Origin: Myxococcota bacterium
GTDB lineage: Bacteria > Myxococcota > XYA12-FULL-58-9 > JABJBS01
DNA: 27,267 bases
Direction of reading: 5' to 3'
Assembly: GCA_036339465.1 (NCBI GenBank)
Contig: JAYZAY010000018.1
Coordinates: 1 to 27,267 of the forward strand
Shown here: positions 1-8,144 of the stretch, piece by piece
How the letters are laid out: every line of letters begins with the position of its first letter
Position numbering within the stretch: the stretch's first letter is position 1
Notes under the pieces: generated by a model
Seen by the model: only the letters and a program-made list of their open reading frames with translations
Databases searched by the model: none
Told to the model about the DNA's origin: nothing
Made by a program: the position numbers and the translations under genes

Positions 1-908
1 CCCTCGCCTTCTCCTTCGCCCTCAGCCCCCTCACCTTCTCCTTCGGTCGCTTCACCCTCAGCACCCTCGCCTTCTTCACCCTCAGGAGGTGGTGTCAAGG
101 GTTCAGCTTCCGTGGGTGCTGTTGCCTTCTGCACATCTTCACCCACCACATTGCCATCGGCATCGGTCTTGTAAACCGTTGGCTTTGAAAGCAAAGGACG
201 ATGGCAAAGAAATTCAACGCGACGATTTTTGAGTCGATTCACACGCGTGGTGTTTGGCACCAATGGCCGTTGGTCGGCATAACCAGCCGCCCCAATCCGC
301 CTGGGGTCGATCCCCCCCTGTTCCACCAAGTACCTCATGACCTCAATCGCCCTCGATGCCGAAAGCTCCCAGTTTGAAGGGAATCTCCGTGAGGTTATGG
401 GCTTGTTGTCGGTATGTCCCTGCACCACGATATCGCACGGATACTCCGACAACACCTTGGCGATCTCGTCGAGTATGGGGAAGGCAGCCAATTTCATCCG
501 GTTGTTTCCACCACCAAACATAACGCTATCATTGACCCGGATGACCATCCCCTCTTCATTGGTGGCGGCACTCAACTTACCCTTCAATTGCCTCTTATTG
601 ATCAGGTCTCGGATCTTACGTGTCATTTTGCGGCGTTTTTTACGGGGGCCCCCCAGAAGCTCTTGCTCGATACTGGACCGAACCTTTGTCCGTCGAGCGA
701 GCATTTCGGGATGGAAATTTCCCAGGTTATCCTCCCGATAACCAAACGCATCTTTGATCGACCCCGCCATGTCCTGAAATTTAATGACGTCCATGTTCGC
801 AAAAGAGAGGAGGAGAACAAAGAAGGTCAAGAGAAGCGTCGAAAGGTCGGCGAAGGTGGCCATCCAACCAGGGGCACCTTCTGGGGGACAATCACATTCA
901 TCATCCAT
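1..908 (-). CDS. motB: Flagellar stator B subunit (MotB/PomB type, OmpA-like peptidoglycan-binding domain); 3' end runs off the window
   Basis: Not in the ORF track; translated by hand. ATG at 908 with AGGAG RBS just upstream. N-terminus MDDECDCPPEGAPGWMATFADLSTLLLTFFVLLLSFANMDV contains the conserved TM Asp. The OmpA-like end NRLKNRRVEF is followed by an EG-rich tail. Lies directly downstream of motA. Confidence 0.95.
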   Translation of the reverse strand, partial: MDDECDCPPEGAPGWMATFADLSTLLLTFFVLLLSFANMDVIKFQDMAGSIKDAFGYREDNLGNFHPEMLARRTKVRSSIEQELLGGPRKKRRKMTRKIRDLINKRQLKGKLSAATNEEGMVIRVNDSVMFGGGNNRMKLAAFPILDEIAKVLSEYPCDIVVQGHTDNKPITSRRFPSNWELSASRAIEVMRYLVEQGGIDPRRIGAAGYADQRPLVPNTTRVNRLKNRRVEFLCHRPLLSKPTVYKTDADGNVVGEDVQKATAPTEAEPLTPPPEGEEGEGAEGEATEGEGEGAEGEGEGE

Positions 909-912
909 GCTC

Positions 913-1680
913 CTAAGCCGAAGCTTCCCCGTCTACTGCACGTTGAGACGGCTTCAAGAAGGCTTCCAGCTTTTCCTTCGTAATCATCACGTTCTCACCC
1001 TTGATAATCGAATCCATCCCTTCGATCACCAAAAGCATATTAATGCTTTCGGCCGTTGACCGCGTCGCTAGCTTCTCTGCTACGGGAATAAACATCAAGT
1101 TCGCCATGACCGCACCATAGAGTGTCGTCAACAGTGCCACAGCCATGGCAGGCCCAATGGTGGACGGATCGTCTAGGGACTGGAGCATCTGCACCAAACC
1201 AATCAAAGTCCCAATCATCCCCATAGCCGGCGCGACCGTGCCACCGAATTTTAGAAGGTCTTGAGCCGCGGTGTGGCGAGCTTTCATTTGCTTGAGTTCA
1301 TCACTTAAAGTCGATCGGATGGTATCCACTGGTACCCCATCCACCGCCAAGCGGACAGCCCGGGCGAGAAAGGCGTCACTGATGGGCTCGTTTTCCAAAG
1401 AGAGTAAATCTTCTTTACGTACCTTTTGTGCCAACTGCTGAAGCTGGGCTGTGGTATCTGGCGCGGGTCGGTTGCTGTCTTTTAAAGCCTTCTTACAAAC
1501 CCCAAACGAATTCTTACAATCACTTAAGGGATAGGCCATCATGATGGCCGCGAACGTCCCCCCCACAACAATGAGGATCGAGGGTGGGTTGATAAAAGTC
1601 AGAAGCGATCCGCCCATGAGGATCGACGCCAAGATAAGCCCGTAAGCTAATATTGTACCAATAATAAGACCGAGATCCAT
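913..1680 (-). CDS. motA: Flagellar stator A subunit (MotA/PomA type)
   Basis: 255 aa with four TM segments; motif APAMGMIGTLIGLVQML...IGPAMAVALLTTLYG; GAGG RBS. Confidence 0.96.
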   Translation of the reverse strand: MDLGLIIGTILAYGLILASILMGGSLLTFINPPSILIVVGGTFAAIMMAYPLSDCKNSFGVCKKALKDSNRPAPDTTAQLQQLAQKVRKEDLLSLENEPISDAFLARAVRLAVDGVPVDTIRSTLSDELKQMKARHTAAQDLLKFGGTVAPAMGMIGTLIGLVQMLQSLDDPSTIGPAMAVALLTTLYGAVMANLMFIPVAEKLATRSTAESINMLLVIEGMDSIIKGENVMITKEKLEAFLKPSQRAVDGEASA

Positions 1681-1697
1681 CTACCTCGACTCCTAAA

Positions 1698-1727
1698 GCC
1701 TCACCGTCTTGCCTCACCGTCTTGCCT
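1698..1727. repeat. 13-bp tandem repeat (gcctcaccgtctt x2 plus gcct) in the motA 5' region
   Basis: Exact copies at 1698-1710 and 1711-1723, partial copy at 1724-1727. Confidence 0.9.
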
Positions 1728-1740
1728 GACCTACTTGAAC

Positions 1741-1782
1741 ATACTAGTACCGACCCGACCTAAACCGCAAGAAAACTACCCT
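1741..1782 (-). promoter_or_regulatory. Candidate internal promoter for motAB
   Basis: Minus-strand AGGGTAGTTTTCTTGCG (1766-1782) fits sigma54 GG-N10-GC spacing with TTGC. An overlapping TTGCGG-N18-TAGTAT fits sigma70. It lies in the 287-bp flgE-motA gap; the two readings cannot be distinguished here. Confidence 0.3.
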
Positions 1783-1927
1783 AGGAAAGCGAACTTTGAG
1801 CCGACTATGGTCGCAACTTTACACGGAATTTAGACAAGCGAAGGCTCTTGAACACACCCGTCCATCTCCACCACAGTGGAATCGAGCAAGGGCGGAAATT
1901 CGGCTGAGAAGATGTTGTTTTAGATTA

Positions 1928-1958
1928 GACGGGACGCGGCATCTCACCGCTTCCCGTC
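1928..1958 (-). terminator. Stem-loop immediately downstream of flgE (terminator or mRNA-stabilising hairpin)
   Basis: gacgggacgcgg-catctca-ccgcttcccgtc: 12-bp stem with one mismatch, 9 nt after the flgE stop. No U-tract follows on the minus strand, so it is not a canonical intrinsic terminator. Confidence 0.5.
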
Positions 1959-1967
1959 CTCTATTTA

Positions 1968-3830
1968 TTAACGCTTCAGGTTCACCGCTTCGGTCAATAG
2001 CTGATCGGCGGTGGTAATGGATCGAGAGTTCGCTTGAAAACCACGCTGGTAAGAGATGATATTCACAAACTCGTTGGCCAATTCCACCGTGGACTGCTCC
2101 AAGTTATTCCCGACGATAGCCCCTCGACCACCGGTGCCTGCTTGACCAATCAAGGCCTGACCCGAATCCGGAGATTCCGCCCAATGCCCCGAGTCTCGAC
2201 GAATCAAACCATCGTTGTTCACGAACCGACCAAGGGCGACCGCCGCTAGGACACGACGCTCACCGTTGGTAAACGTGCCAATAATCTTGCCCGAAAGATC
2301 CACCTTCATTCCGGCCAAAGCTCCCGAGGCGTAACCATCTTGAGAAATCGCTGAAACACTGGAGGGTTGGTCAAACTGGGTAACTCCACCCAAACCATCC
2401 CCACCGTCGGTGGTAATACTGTCACCAAAGTCAAACGAAATAGACTGCCCCTCCGTATTGTAAAACGGAAATGAGATGTTTTCGGAAGTAAATGCCTCGG
2501 AAGTTTGATTTTCCGTCTTCAACTTTCCACTGGCATCAAAGCTCATGGAACCACCCGCGAGGAGCACATTCTCCCCTGCCTTCGTTGTCGAAAAAGCTGG
2601 CGTCGCACCTTCGTCTCCAATTTCGGCGCCATTGGCCAAGACATGCCATTCCCAATTCATCGGCTGAGTTTGATTGAAAAAGACATTCAAACTATGACCC
2701 ACTCCCAAACTGTCATAAACAGTGATGGAAGTCGAAAAGTGCGATGAACTCTCGGGGTCTGTCACGTCGAAACCAATTTTACCATTGGTAGAAACACCCA
2801 CCGAAGAACCAGTCCCGACGTCTGTTTGGCTCACCGAAGGTAGGTTCGCCTGCTGGCCATCGGAAAAGAATTCCACCAACGATTCATTCTGAGGCGCTAC
2901 GTTAATCCACTTGAAATCATTTAAACCAGTGTCCGGTGTGTGGGTGGCAACCGAACCATCAACATTGAAATCCAACGCTCCACCGGCAACAATCACCAAC
3001 GCATCCGACCGAGCTACGTTGGGGTCAGCGGTGGTACCTAAATTAGTGCCGTCTGTCACCGCCCGGTAACTCCATGTATCATCGTCACCACTGGTCTGAT
3101 AAAAATAGACATCAACAGCACGTTGCTTACCATTTGGGTCAATAACCGTGGTACTCAATTTTTCATGGTACACGGTGTTTGGAATATCCCCAGCCTGAGC
3201 GGCCGCGGCAAAACCCGCGTCCGTGAGGTTATCGGCACGCCCCGCTAGGGTACTACCCACGCCAAAGGCCACAGTGGTACTGGACTCATCGGCGATAAAA
3301 TCCGTTTGGGGCGAAAGGTTGGCAGCTAAGTTGACGCTGTTGGTCGTCTTGGGTGCTACGATTTTGGTCAATGGAATTTCAATGTCGTTCATGGTACTCG
3401 CAAGGTTTTCCTCTTGGTCAGCCTTATAACCTTGAACCTTTAATCCCTGGTTGTTCACCAAATGGCCCTCGTTATTGATACTAAATTGCCCATCCCGGGT
3501 ATAGAACTGACCATCCTGCACCCCATCAAAAGCCCCACGCACCACAAAGAAACCATCCCCCTGAATGGCCATGTCTGTATTCTGCCTCGACCCCAAGAGT
3601 GAGCCTTGACTAAAGAGCGAATGCACACCCCCTAACCGCACCCCTTGCCCCGAGGCTTGATTATCAACCGCCCCGGCAACGGTACTACCGAGAACATCCT
3701 CAAACCGTGCCCGCTGAGATTTAAAACCAACCGTGTTAACATTTGCGATGTTATCACTGGAAACACTAATTGCCTGCGCATGTGCGAGCAGACCACTGGC
3801 CGCACTATACATAGATTTCAGAATACTCAT
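1968..3830 (-). CDS. flgE: Flagellar hook protein FlgE (long form, about 620 aa)
   Basis: N-terminal MSILKSMYSAASGL...DNIANVNTVGFK; GDGFFVV...YTRDGQF; C-terminal LEQSTVELANEFVNIISYQRGFQANSRSITTADQLL. Start moved from 3896 to ATG 3830 because of a purine-rich RBS and the family N-terminus. Confidence 0.96.
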   Translation of the reverse strand: MSILKSMYSAASGLLAHAQAISVSSDNIANVNTVGFKSQRARFEDVLGSTVAGAVDNQASGQGVRLGGVHSLFSQGSLLGSRQNTDMAIQGDGFFVVRGAFDGVQDGQFYTRDGQFSINNEGHLVNNQGLKVQGYKADQEENLASTMNDIEIPLTKIVAPKTTNSVNLAANLSPQTDFIADESSTTVAFGVGSTLAGRADNLTDAGFAAAAQAGDIPNTVYHEKLSTTVIDPNGKQRAVDVYFYQTSGDDDTWSYRAVTDGTNLGTTADPNVARSDALVIVAGGALDFNVDGSVATHTPDTGLNDFKWINVAPQNESLVEFFSDGQQANLPSVSQTDVGTGSSVGVSTNGKIGFDVTDPESSSHFSTSITVYDSLGVGHSLNVFFNQTQPMNWEWHVLANGAEIGDEGATPAFSTTKAGENVLLAGGSMSFDASGKLKTENQTSEAFTSENISFPFYNTEGQSISFDFGDSITTDGGDGLGGVTQFDQPSSVSAISQDGYASGALAGMKVDLSGKIIGTFTNGERRVLAAVALGRFVNNDGLIRRDSGHWAESPDSGQALIGQAGTGGRGAIVGNNLEQSTVELANEFVNIISYQRGFQANSRSITTADQLLTEAVNLKR

Positions 3831-3928
3831 TTCACCCTTCTCCCTCTCTCCAAACCCTCGTAAGCGTTCTGAGATTTTGTGTTCAAAAAAATTCAATCGT
3901 TATTATTAAAATCAGTACATCGATCTCC

Positions 3929-4657
3929 TTACTCCTCCTCAGGCGTCAACTCCCCATCCGTAGAGACACCTGCATCCGCCTCCTCCTCTGGCATGCGGAT
4001 TTCCAAAACATCCGCTGGCGTGACACGTGCGTCCCCAACCACCAATTCGGGATATCCATTCTCAAAAGTCACCTTATCGACCCGCCCCTCCACTTCTGTT
4101 GCAACCGAGAGCGGACGACCATCATGGTCCTCAGCTGACAAGGCCAGCTTGTAAACACCTGCCCTTAGGGGATTGCCGTGATCATCCAAACCATCCCAAG
4201 CCAGACTTTGACGACCCGCGTTGCGAGGGCCTAGGGATATACTGCGAACCACATTCCCCGCTTGGTCCACGAGCCTAACATCCACACTTCTCGCTTCATT
4301 CGCCAATCCGAATCCGATATCAGGTGCATTACCATCGTGATAGACCGTCATGGCATCACCTGTGGCCACAATATCTTTGCCGACCAGCTCCGTTGCCTGT
4401 GAACTCACCAAAGCATTTTGCGACATTTGGATAGTTCCAAGAGCCGAGTTTTGTTGGATAGCCTGTTCTAGATTACTGAACGTTGCCAGTTGGGCCACAA
4501 AGTCGGCATCACTTTGCGGATTCATCGGATCCTGATGCTGCAGCTGTGCTGTCAATAGCTGTAAAAATTCTTGTTTTCCCAAATCCCCGGACGAGGCCTT
4601 CGGCGTACCAAAAACGTCGGTTGGTTTGTATTTACTCACACCTTCTAAATCCATCAT
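3929..4657 (-). CDS. flgD: Flagellar hook capping protein FlgD
   Basis: LGKQEFLQLLTAQLQHQDPMNP...FVAQLATFSNLEQ; Ig-like domain motif WDGLDDHGNPLRAGVY; lies between fliK and flgE. Confidence 0.96.
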   Translation of the reverse strand: MMDLEGVSKYKPTDVFGTPKASSGDLGKQEFLQLLTAQLQHQDPMNPQSDADFVAQLATFSNLEQAIQQNSALGTIQMSQNALVSSQATELVGKDIVATGDAMTVYHDGNAPDIGFGLANEARSVDVRLVDQAGNVVRSISLGPRNAGRQSLAWDGLDDHGNPLRAGVYKLALSAEDHDGRPLSVATEVEGRVDKVTFENGYPELVVGDARVTPADVLEIRMPEEEADAGVSTDGELTPEEE

Positions 4658-4669
4658 CTTCCCCTTTTA

Positions 4670-7039
4670 TTAAGCAACCACATCGACCGCTCTTGAATTC
4701 CTTTTCTTGGATAAAATCTTTCTTCTTTTCGCTTTATTTACATCATCATTATCTTCGAAACTTTGGCCCGATCGTCTTCCGTGGCCCCCCCCCTCATCTT
4801 GAGCGCGACCATCATCCGCAGCACCCGCGTGTCCTTCTCCAAAGCCCTGACGAAAGTCATAATCGCCGAGTTTCAAACCAGCCTCTTTCAAGCTGGCCCT
4901 CAAATCACCTATATTATTTTGCAGCTCCGCAATCGCCGCGGGATTCTCGGCTCGAAACGTCACACTAATTTCACCACTCCGATTCTTGATATCCACCTCA
5001 ACCATCCCTAAGGATTGCGGATTCAACCTCACAAACGCCCGACTTTCACCAGACTTTATGAGCCGCTGGACATTCTGCATGGTGATCTTAGCCGACCAAC
5101 CCTCAAAAAGCGGTTTCATTTCAGCCGGCGACCCCGAACTAGACTGACCCGACTGGGCCCTGCCAAGCTGTGACTTAAAGCTTTCTGAGGCTTTACTTAG
5201 AGTGGAATCTTTTTTGGCCACACCGAAATCACGGCTGTTGGCATCGCTTCGTTCCGACTTACCATCACCGCCTGCATCGCTGTTTCCTTGCTTAAAATCC
5301 GAGTTCTCCGAGGCCTTCTTCTCTTCAGCCACCACCGTAGCATCTGCTTTTAGCTGCTGTCCTTTTTCTTGGGGCATGATCCGGCGTCGACCTTTCACCG
5401 CCATCTGTTCTTCAGCGGTTGTCCCTACCTTCCCGCCTTCCTTCAAGATATTAAACTCATCTTCTCTTTGTTTCTCGGGCCCATTCCCATGCCCTAGGTC
5501 TTTGCTCACACCCTTGGAATCGACCTCCCTAAAGTTGCTTTTATCGGCACCAACCTTCACCCCAGCACTAGATTTCCCAACCACCTTCGACTCGACTAAA
5601 CGGGTATCCTGCTTTCTTTCAAGTTCTTCAGCGGCTTTTAAAACGGGCTTTTCTGCACCGACCTTACCCTTTTTGCGTGGGTTCTTCGTTTGATCTAAAC
5701 CAGCCACTTTCGACCTCACCCTCAGCGCATCAAGACCACTTCTCTCTTCCTTCATGGGCATATCCGTACGTTCTCTAGACGTTTTCCCCTTCGCTTCATC
5801 AGTCAATGAAATGGCCGCATTGCTTCCTGTTTTCGGATTAGATTTTTTAAGCAGCACCTCCCGGACCTCTTGCTTGTCGGCCCCTGCCCCGGATTCCACC
5901 GACCCGGATGCGCTGCCTCGGTGATTTGTAACCTTCTTTATTTCACTCTTGATGTCTGAATACACAGCCTTATTCCGCCCCTTCTGAGCCGATACTCGCA
6001 GCGGTGCCGAAACCTCCTTCTCGCCCTTACCCACCGCACCTTTTTTCCCTTTCCCTTCGGTTTCGCCTGCCTGTTTAAAAGACTCTGTAGCACCGATTGC
6101 GGCAGTTACTTGGACCGATACTTTTGTTGCTTTTGCGCTTTTTTGAGTAAGCTTGCCTTCGGCCACTTCTGGAGAAATGTTCCCTCTCACCCCAACACGT
6201 TTTTTCACCCCAGAACCGGCTTCTGCAGACCTTGATTTCTCTATCATCCCCTTGGCTTTCGACACTTCCCCGCTAACCTCTTCGGAAAGATTACCCGAGA
6301 CGTCTAAACCCCGAGCACCAACCTTTACTTGAGGACTCTTTTCCACTGCAGCGCCAATGGAAAGCTTATCACCAGCAGAAAAGCCCTTAACATTGCCCGA
6401 AACCTTAATGCCATCGACTGCTTCTTTGGTGTCGGCGGATAGGCCTTGAACCTCACCGTCAACCAGGAGCGAATTAACCTTAGAGGCCTTCTCAATCTCT
6501 TCCCCAGTGTTACCGCCCAAATCTTTCTTCCCTATGAAATTCTTTGGGTTGCCAAAAAGCCTCTCAATCTCAGACAAAATTCGAGCGCTATCCGGTCCAC
6601 GTTTCGCCAACACCTTCGCCTCGCCCTCCTGAACCAACTCCTTATCCGACAGGCTATTCTCTTGCCGTAGAAAGTCCTGCACAACCAGACTGGCCGAATT
6701 AACCAACGCCTGCTTTCCAGACATGTCTAGTTCAGGCTTGGTTTTGCCTTCGGCCCCCTCAGCAGAGGGCTCTTCACCGGCAGAAACCTCTGTCCCCACC
6801 TCTTCACCCGACTCCTTTTCCGTCATCACCTCCCCATCTTTGACCTTCGGCTTCGTCTTTGATTCGCCGCGCTCTGTGCGCATCTCCTTTTCCCCATCGA
6901 AAGATTCTCCGGATGAACCGCCGCCTAAAACGGCCTCTAGCTTCTCCTGAAACCCCGCTTGACCCACCACCCTCGCTTCTTCGGATCTGCTACCTGTACT
7001 GAGCTCTGTCTCCGAAATGCCACCATCAATACCCAACAT
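4670..7039 (-). CDS. fliK: Flagellar hook-length control protein FliK (789 aa)
   Basis: Long low-complexity K/E/G/S-rich N-terminal region plus a C-terminal T3S4 domain (VRLNPQSLGMVEVDI...VTFRAENPAAIAELQNNIGDLRASLKEAGL); directly upstream of flgD. Confidence 0.92.
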   Translation of the reverse strand: MLGIDGGISETELSTGSRSEEARVVGQAGFQEKLEAVLGGGSSGESFDGEKEMRTERGESKTKPKVKDGEVMTEKESGEEVGTEVSAGEEPSAEGAEGKTKPELDMSGKQALVNSASLVVQDFLRQENSLSDKELVQEGEAKVLAKRGPDSARILSEIERLFGNPKNFIGKKDLGGNTGEEIEKASKVNSLLVDGEVQGLSADTKEAVDGIKVSGNVKGFSAGDKLSIGAAVEKSPQVKVGARGLDVSGNLSEEVSGEVSKAKGMIEKSRSAEAGSGVKKRVGVRGNISPEVAEGKLTQKSAKATKVSVQVTAAIGATESFKQAGETEGKGKKGAVGKGEKEVSAPLRVSAQKGRNKAVYSDIKSEIKKVTNHRGSASGSVESGAGADKQEVREVLLKKSNPKTGSNAAISLTDEAKGKTSRERTDMPMKEERSGLDALRVRSKVAGLDQTKNPRKKGKVGAEKPVLKAAEELERKQDTRLVESKVVGKSSAGVKVGADKSNFREVDSKGVSKDLGHGNGPEKQREDEFNILKEGGKVGTTAEEQMAVKGRRRIMPQEKGQQLKADATVVAEEKKASENSDFKQGNSDAGGDGKSERSDANSRDFGVAKKDSTLSKASESFKSQLGRAQSGQSSSGSPAEMKPLFEGWSAKITMQNVQRLIKSGESRAFVRLNPQSLGMVEVDIKNRSGEISVTFRAENPAAIAELQNNIGDLRASLKEAGLKLGDYDFRQGFGEGHAGAADDGRAQDEGGGHGRRSGQSFEDNDDVNKAKRRKILSKKRNSRAVDVVA

Positions 7040-7063
7040 TTCTCACCCCACCTCTCCAGTTAC

Positions 7064-7747
7064 TTATTTCGCTTTTGCCGCGGCACTCTGCGCAACATTC
7101 CTTCCCTTCTCTAACCGCCCCATCAACTGAGCAGCTCGCCCCGGTGGCATCGCTGTCAAAAGCTTACCAATCAACTTAGGACTTAAGCCGCGCATCAAGC
7201 GCGTCGCAAAACGCATGTCGGCCTGTTCCAAAATAGGAGCTGCCTTTCGCGCGGAAAGAGTCTTAATCGTATCCACCAGCTTCTGAAACCTTTCATCCCT
7301 AGCCCTCCGTTCCTCTTTACCCAATTCTAACACCTTCTCCATCGTTTCAATCCGTCCGATCATCTTCAGCATCTTTTGTTTTAGCTCATCGTCAACCCGA
7401 GCCAAAACAGCCTCTTTTTCCTCCAGTAACTTTTCACGTTTCTGAAGCTCGTCATCACGTTTCTTTAGGTCAGCCAAAAGAGCAAGTTCCTTAAAATCCT
7501 CGGGTCGACAAGCCTCATCAAAATCGTCCTCTTCCATTTCGTCGTCTTCAAGGTCTTCCGCCTCATCCAATTCAGTGGGCGGCCCCGAATCGTCATCCTC
7601 TTCTCCGTCACCCTCTTCAGACTCACCTGCCTCTTGGGTTTCCTCTCCCTCTTCTTCGGCCGGCGCTTCCTCCTCTTGGGCCATCGCCAAACCCGGCAGC
7701 ATTGGACCCGTAAAAAGAAGCACCATCACCATCCAAATCCACCTCAT
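7064..7747 (-). CDS. MotE/YlxF/FlgY-family exported flagellar protein (coiled coil + MgtE-N-like helical domain)
   Basis: ATG 7747 overlaps the fliJ stop (ATGA). Signal peptide MRWIWMVMVLLFTGPMLPGLAMA, acidic tract, coiled coil, then LVDTIKTLSARKAAPILEQAD...KLLTAMPPGRAAQL. Occupies the fliJ-X-fliK position typical of this family. Confidence 0.8.
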   Translation of the reverse strand: MRWIWMVMVLLFTGPMLPGLAMAQEEEAPAEEEGEETQEAGESEEGDGEEDDDSGPPTELDEAEDLEDDEMEEDDFDEACRPEDFKELALLADLKKRDDELQKREKLLEEKEAVLARVDDELKQKMLKMIGRIETMEKVLELGKEERRARDERFQKLVDTIKTLSARKAAPILEQADMRFATRLMRGLSPKLIGKLLTAMPPGRAAQLMGRLEKGRNVAQSAAAKAK

Positions 7748-8142
7748 TTCCGCCTCCCCCAAACGGTGGTCGCCCAGTCATCCAAGGCCTTTTGCTCTCG
7801 TTTCTCCGCTTCAGCGCGTTCACGCTTTGTTATTTTTCCATAGAGCGTATCCATCTGACGCGTCTCCTGCCTTCGTGCCATAAAGGTCGCTTTTTTCTTG
7901 TCTCTTTCCTCCCGAAACTCCTCAATTGCAAAAGCTGTGGAAAGTGCGGCTCGCTGCGCCAAGTGGATAAACGTTCGGTCCAATGTCCCTTTTGACACGG
8001 CATCCGCCGGAGCACTTTGAAGGTCCTCGAATGCGGTCACCGCGGAGTTTAGCTGTCCCTGTACCTGACCGAACTCAACCTTGGCGAGATCTTCCATCTT
8101 CCGTTTCAACTCGAGCAGTCTTTTTACACGTTTCGATTGCAT
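7744..8142 (-). CDS. fliJ: Flagellar export protein FliJ
   Basis: 132-aa coiled coil directly after fliI; C-terminal KREQKALDDWA matches the FliJ EQKxLDE motif. Confidence 0.85.
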   Translation of the reverse strand: MQSKRVKRLLELKRKMEDLAKVEFGQVQGQLNSAVTAFEDLQSAPADAVSKGTLDRTFIHLAQRAALSTAFAIEEFREERDKKKATFMARRQETRQMDTLYGKITKRERAEAEKREQKALDDWATTVWGRRK

Positions 8143-8144
8143 GA

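Noticed and set aside
1..84. Repetitive ccctc/ccttc DNA as CRISPR or microsatellite
   Set aside because: It is the degenerate coding sequence of the MotB (EG)n tail; no repeat-spacer structure.
337..1059. Plus-strand ORFs 337-741, 414-983 and 784-1059
   Set aside because: Antisense shadows of motB/motA; no recognisable motifs.
1681..1967. c-di-GMP riboswitch or other ncRNA upstream of motA
   Set aside because: No GEMM-type conserved core could be found by eye; an Infernal/Rfam scan would settle it.
3831..3896. 22-aa N-terminal extension of FlgE in the ORF track
   Set aside because: The family N-terminus and RBS point to ATG 3830.
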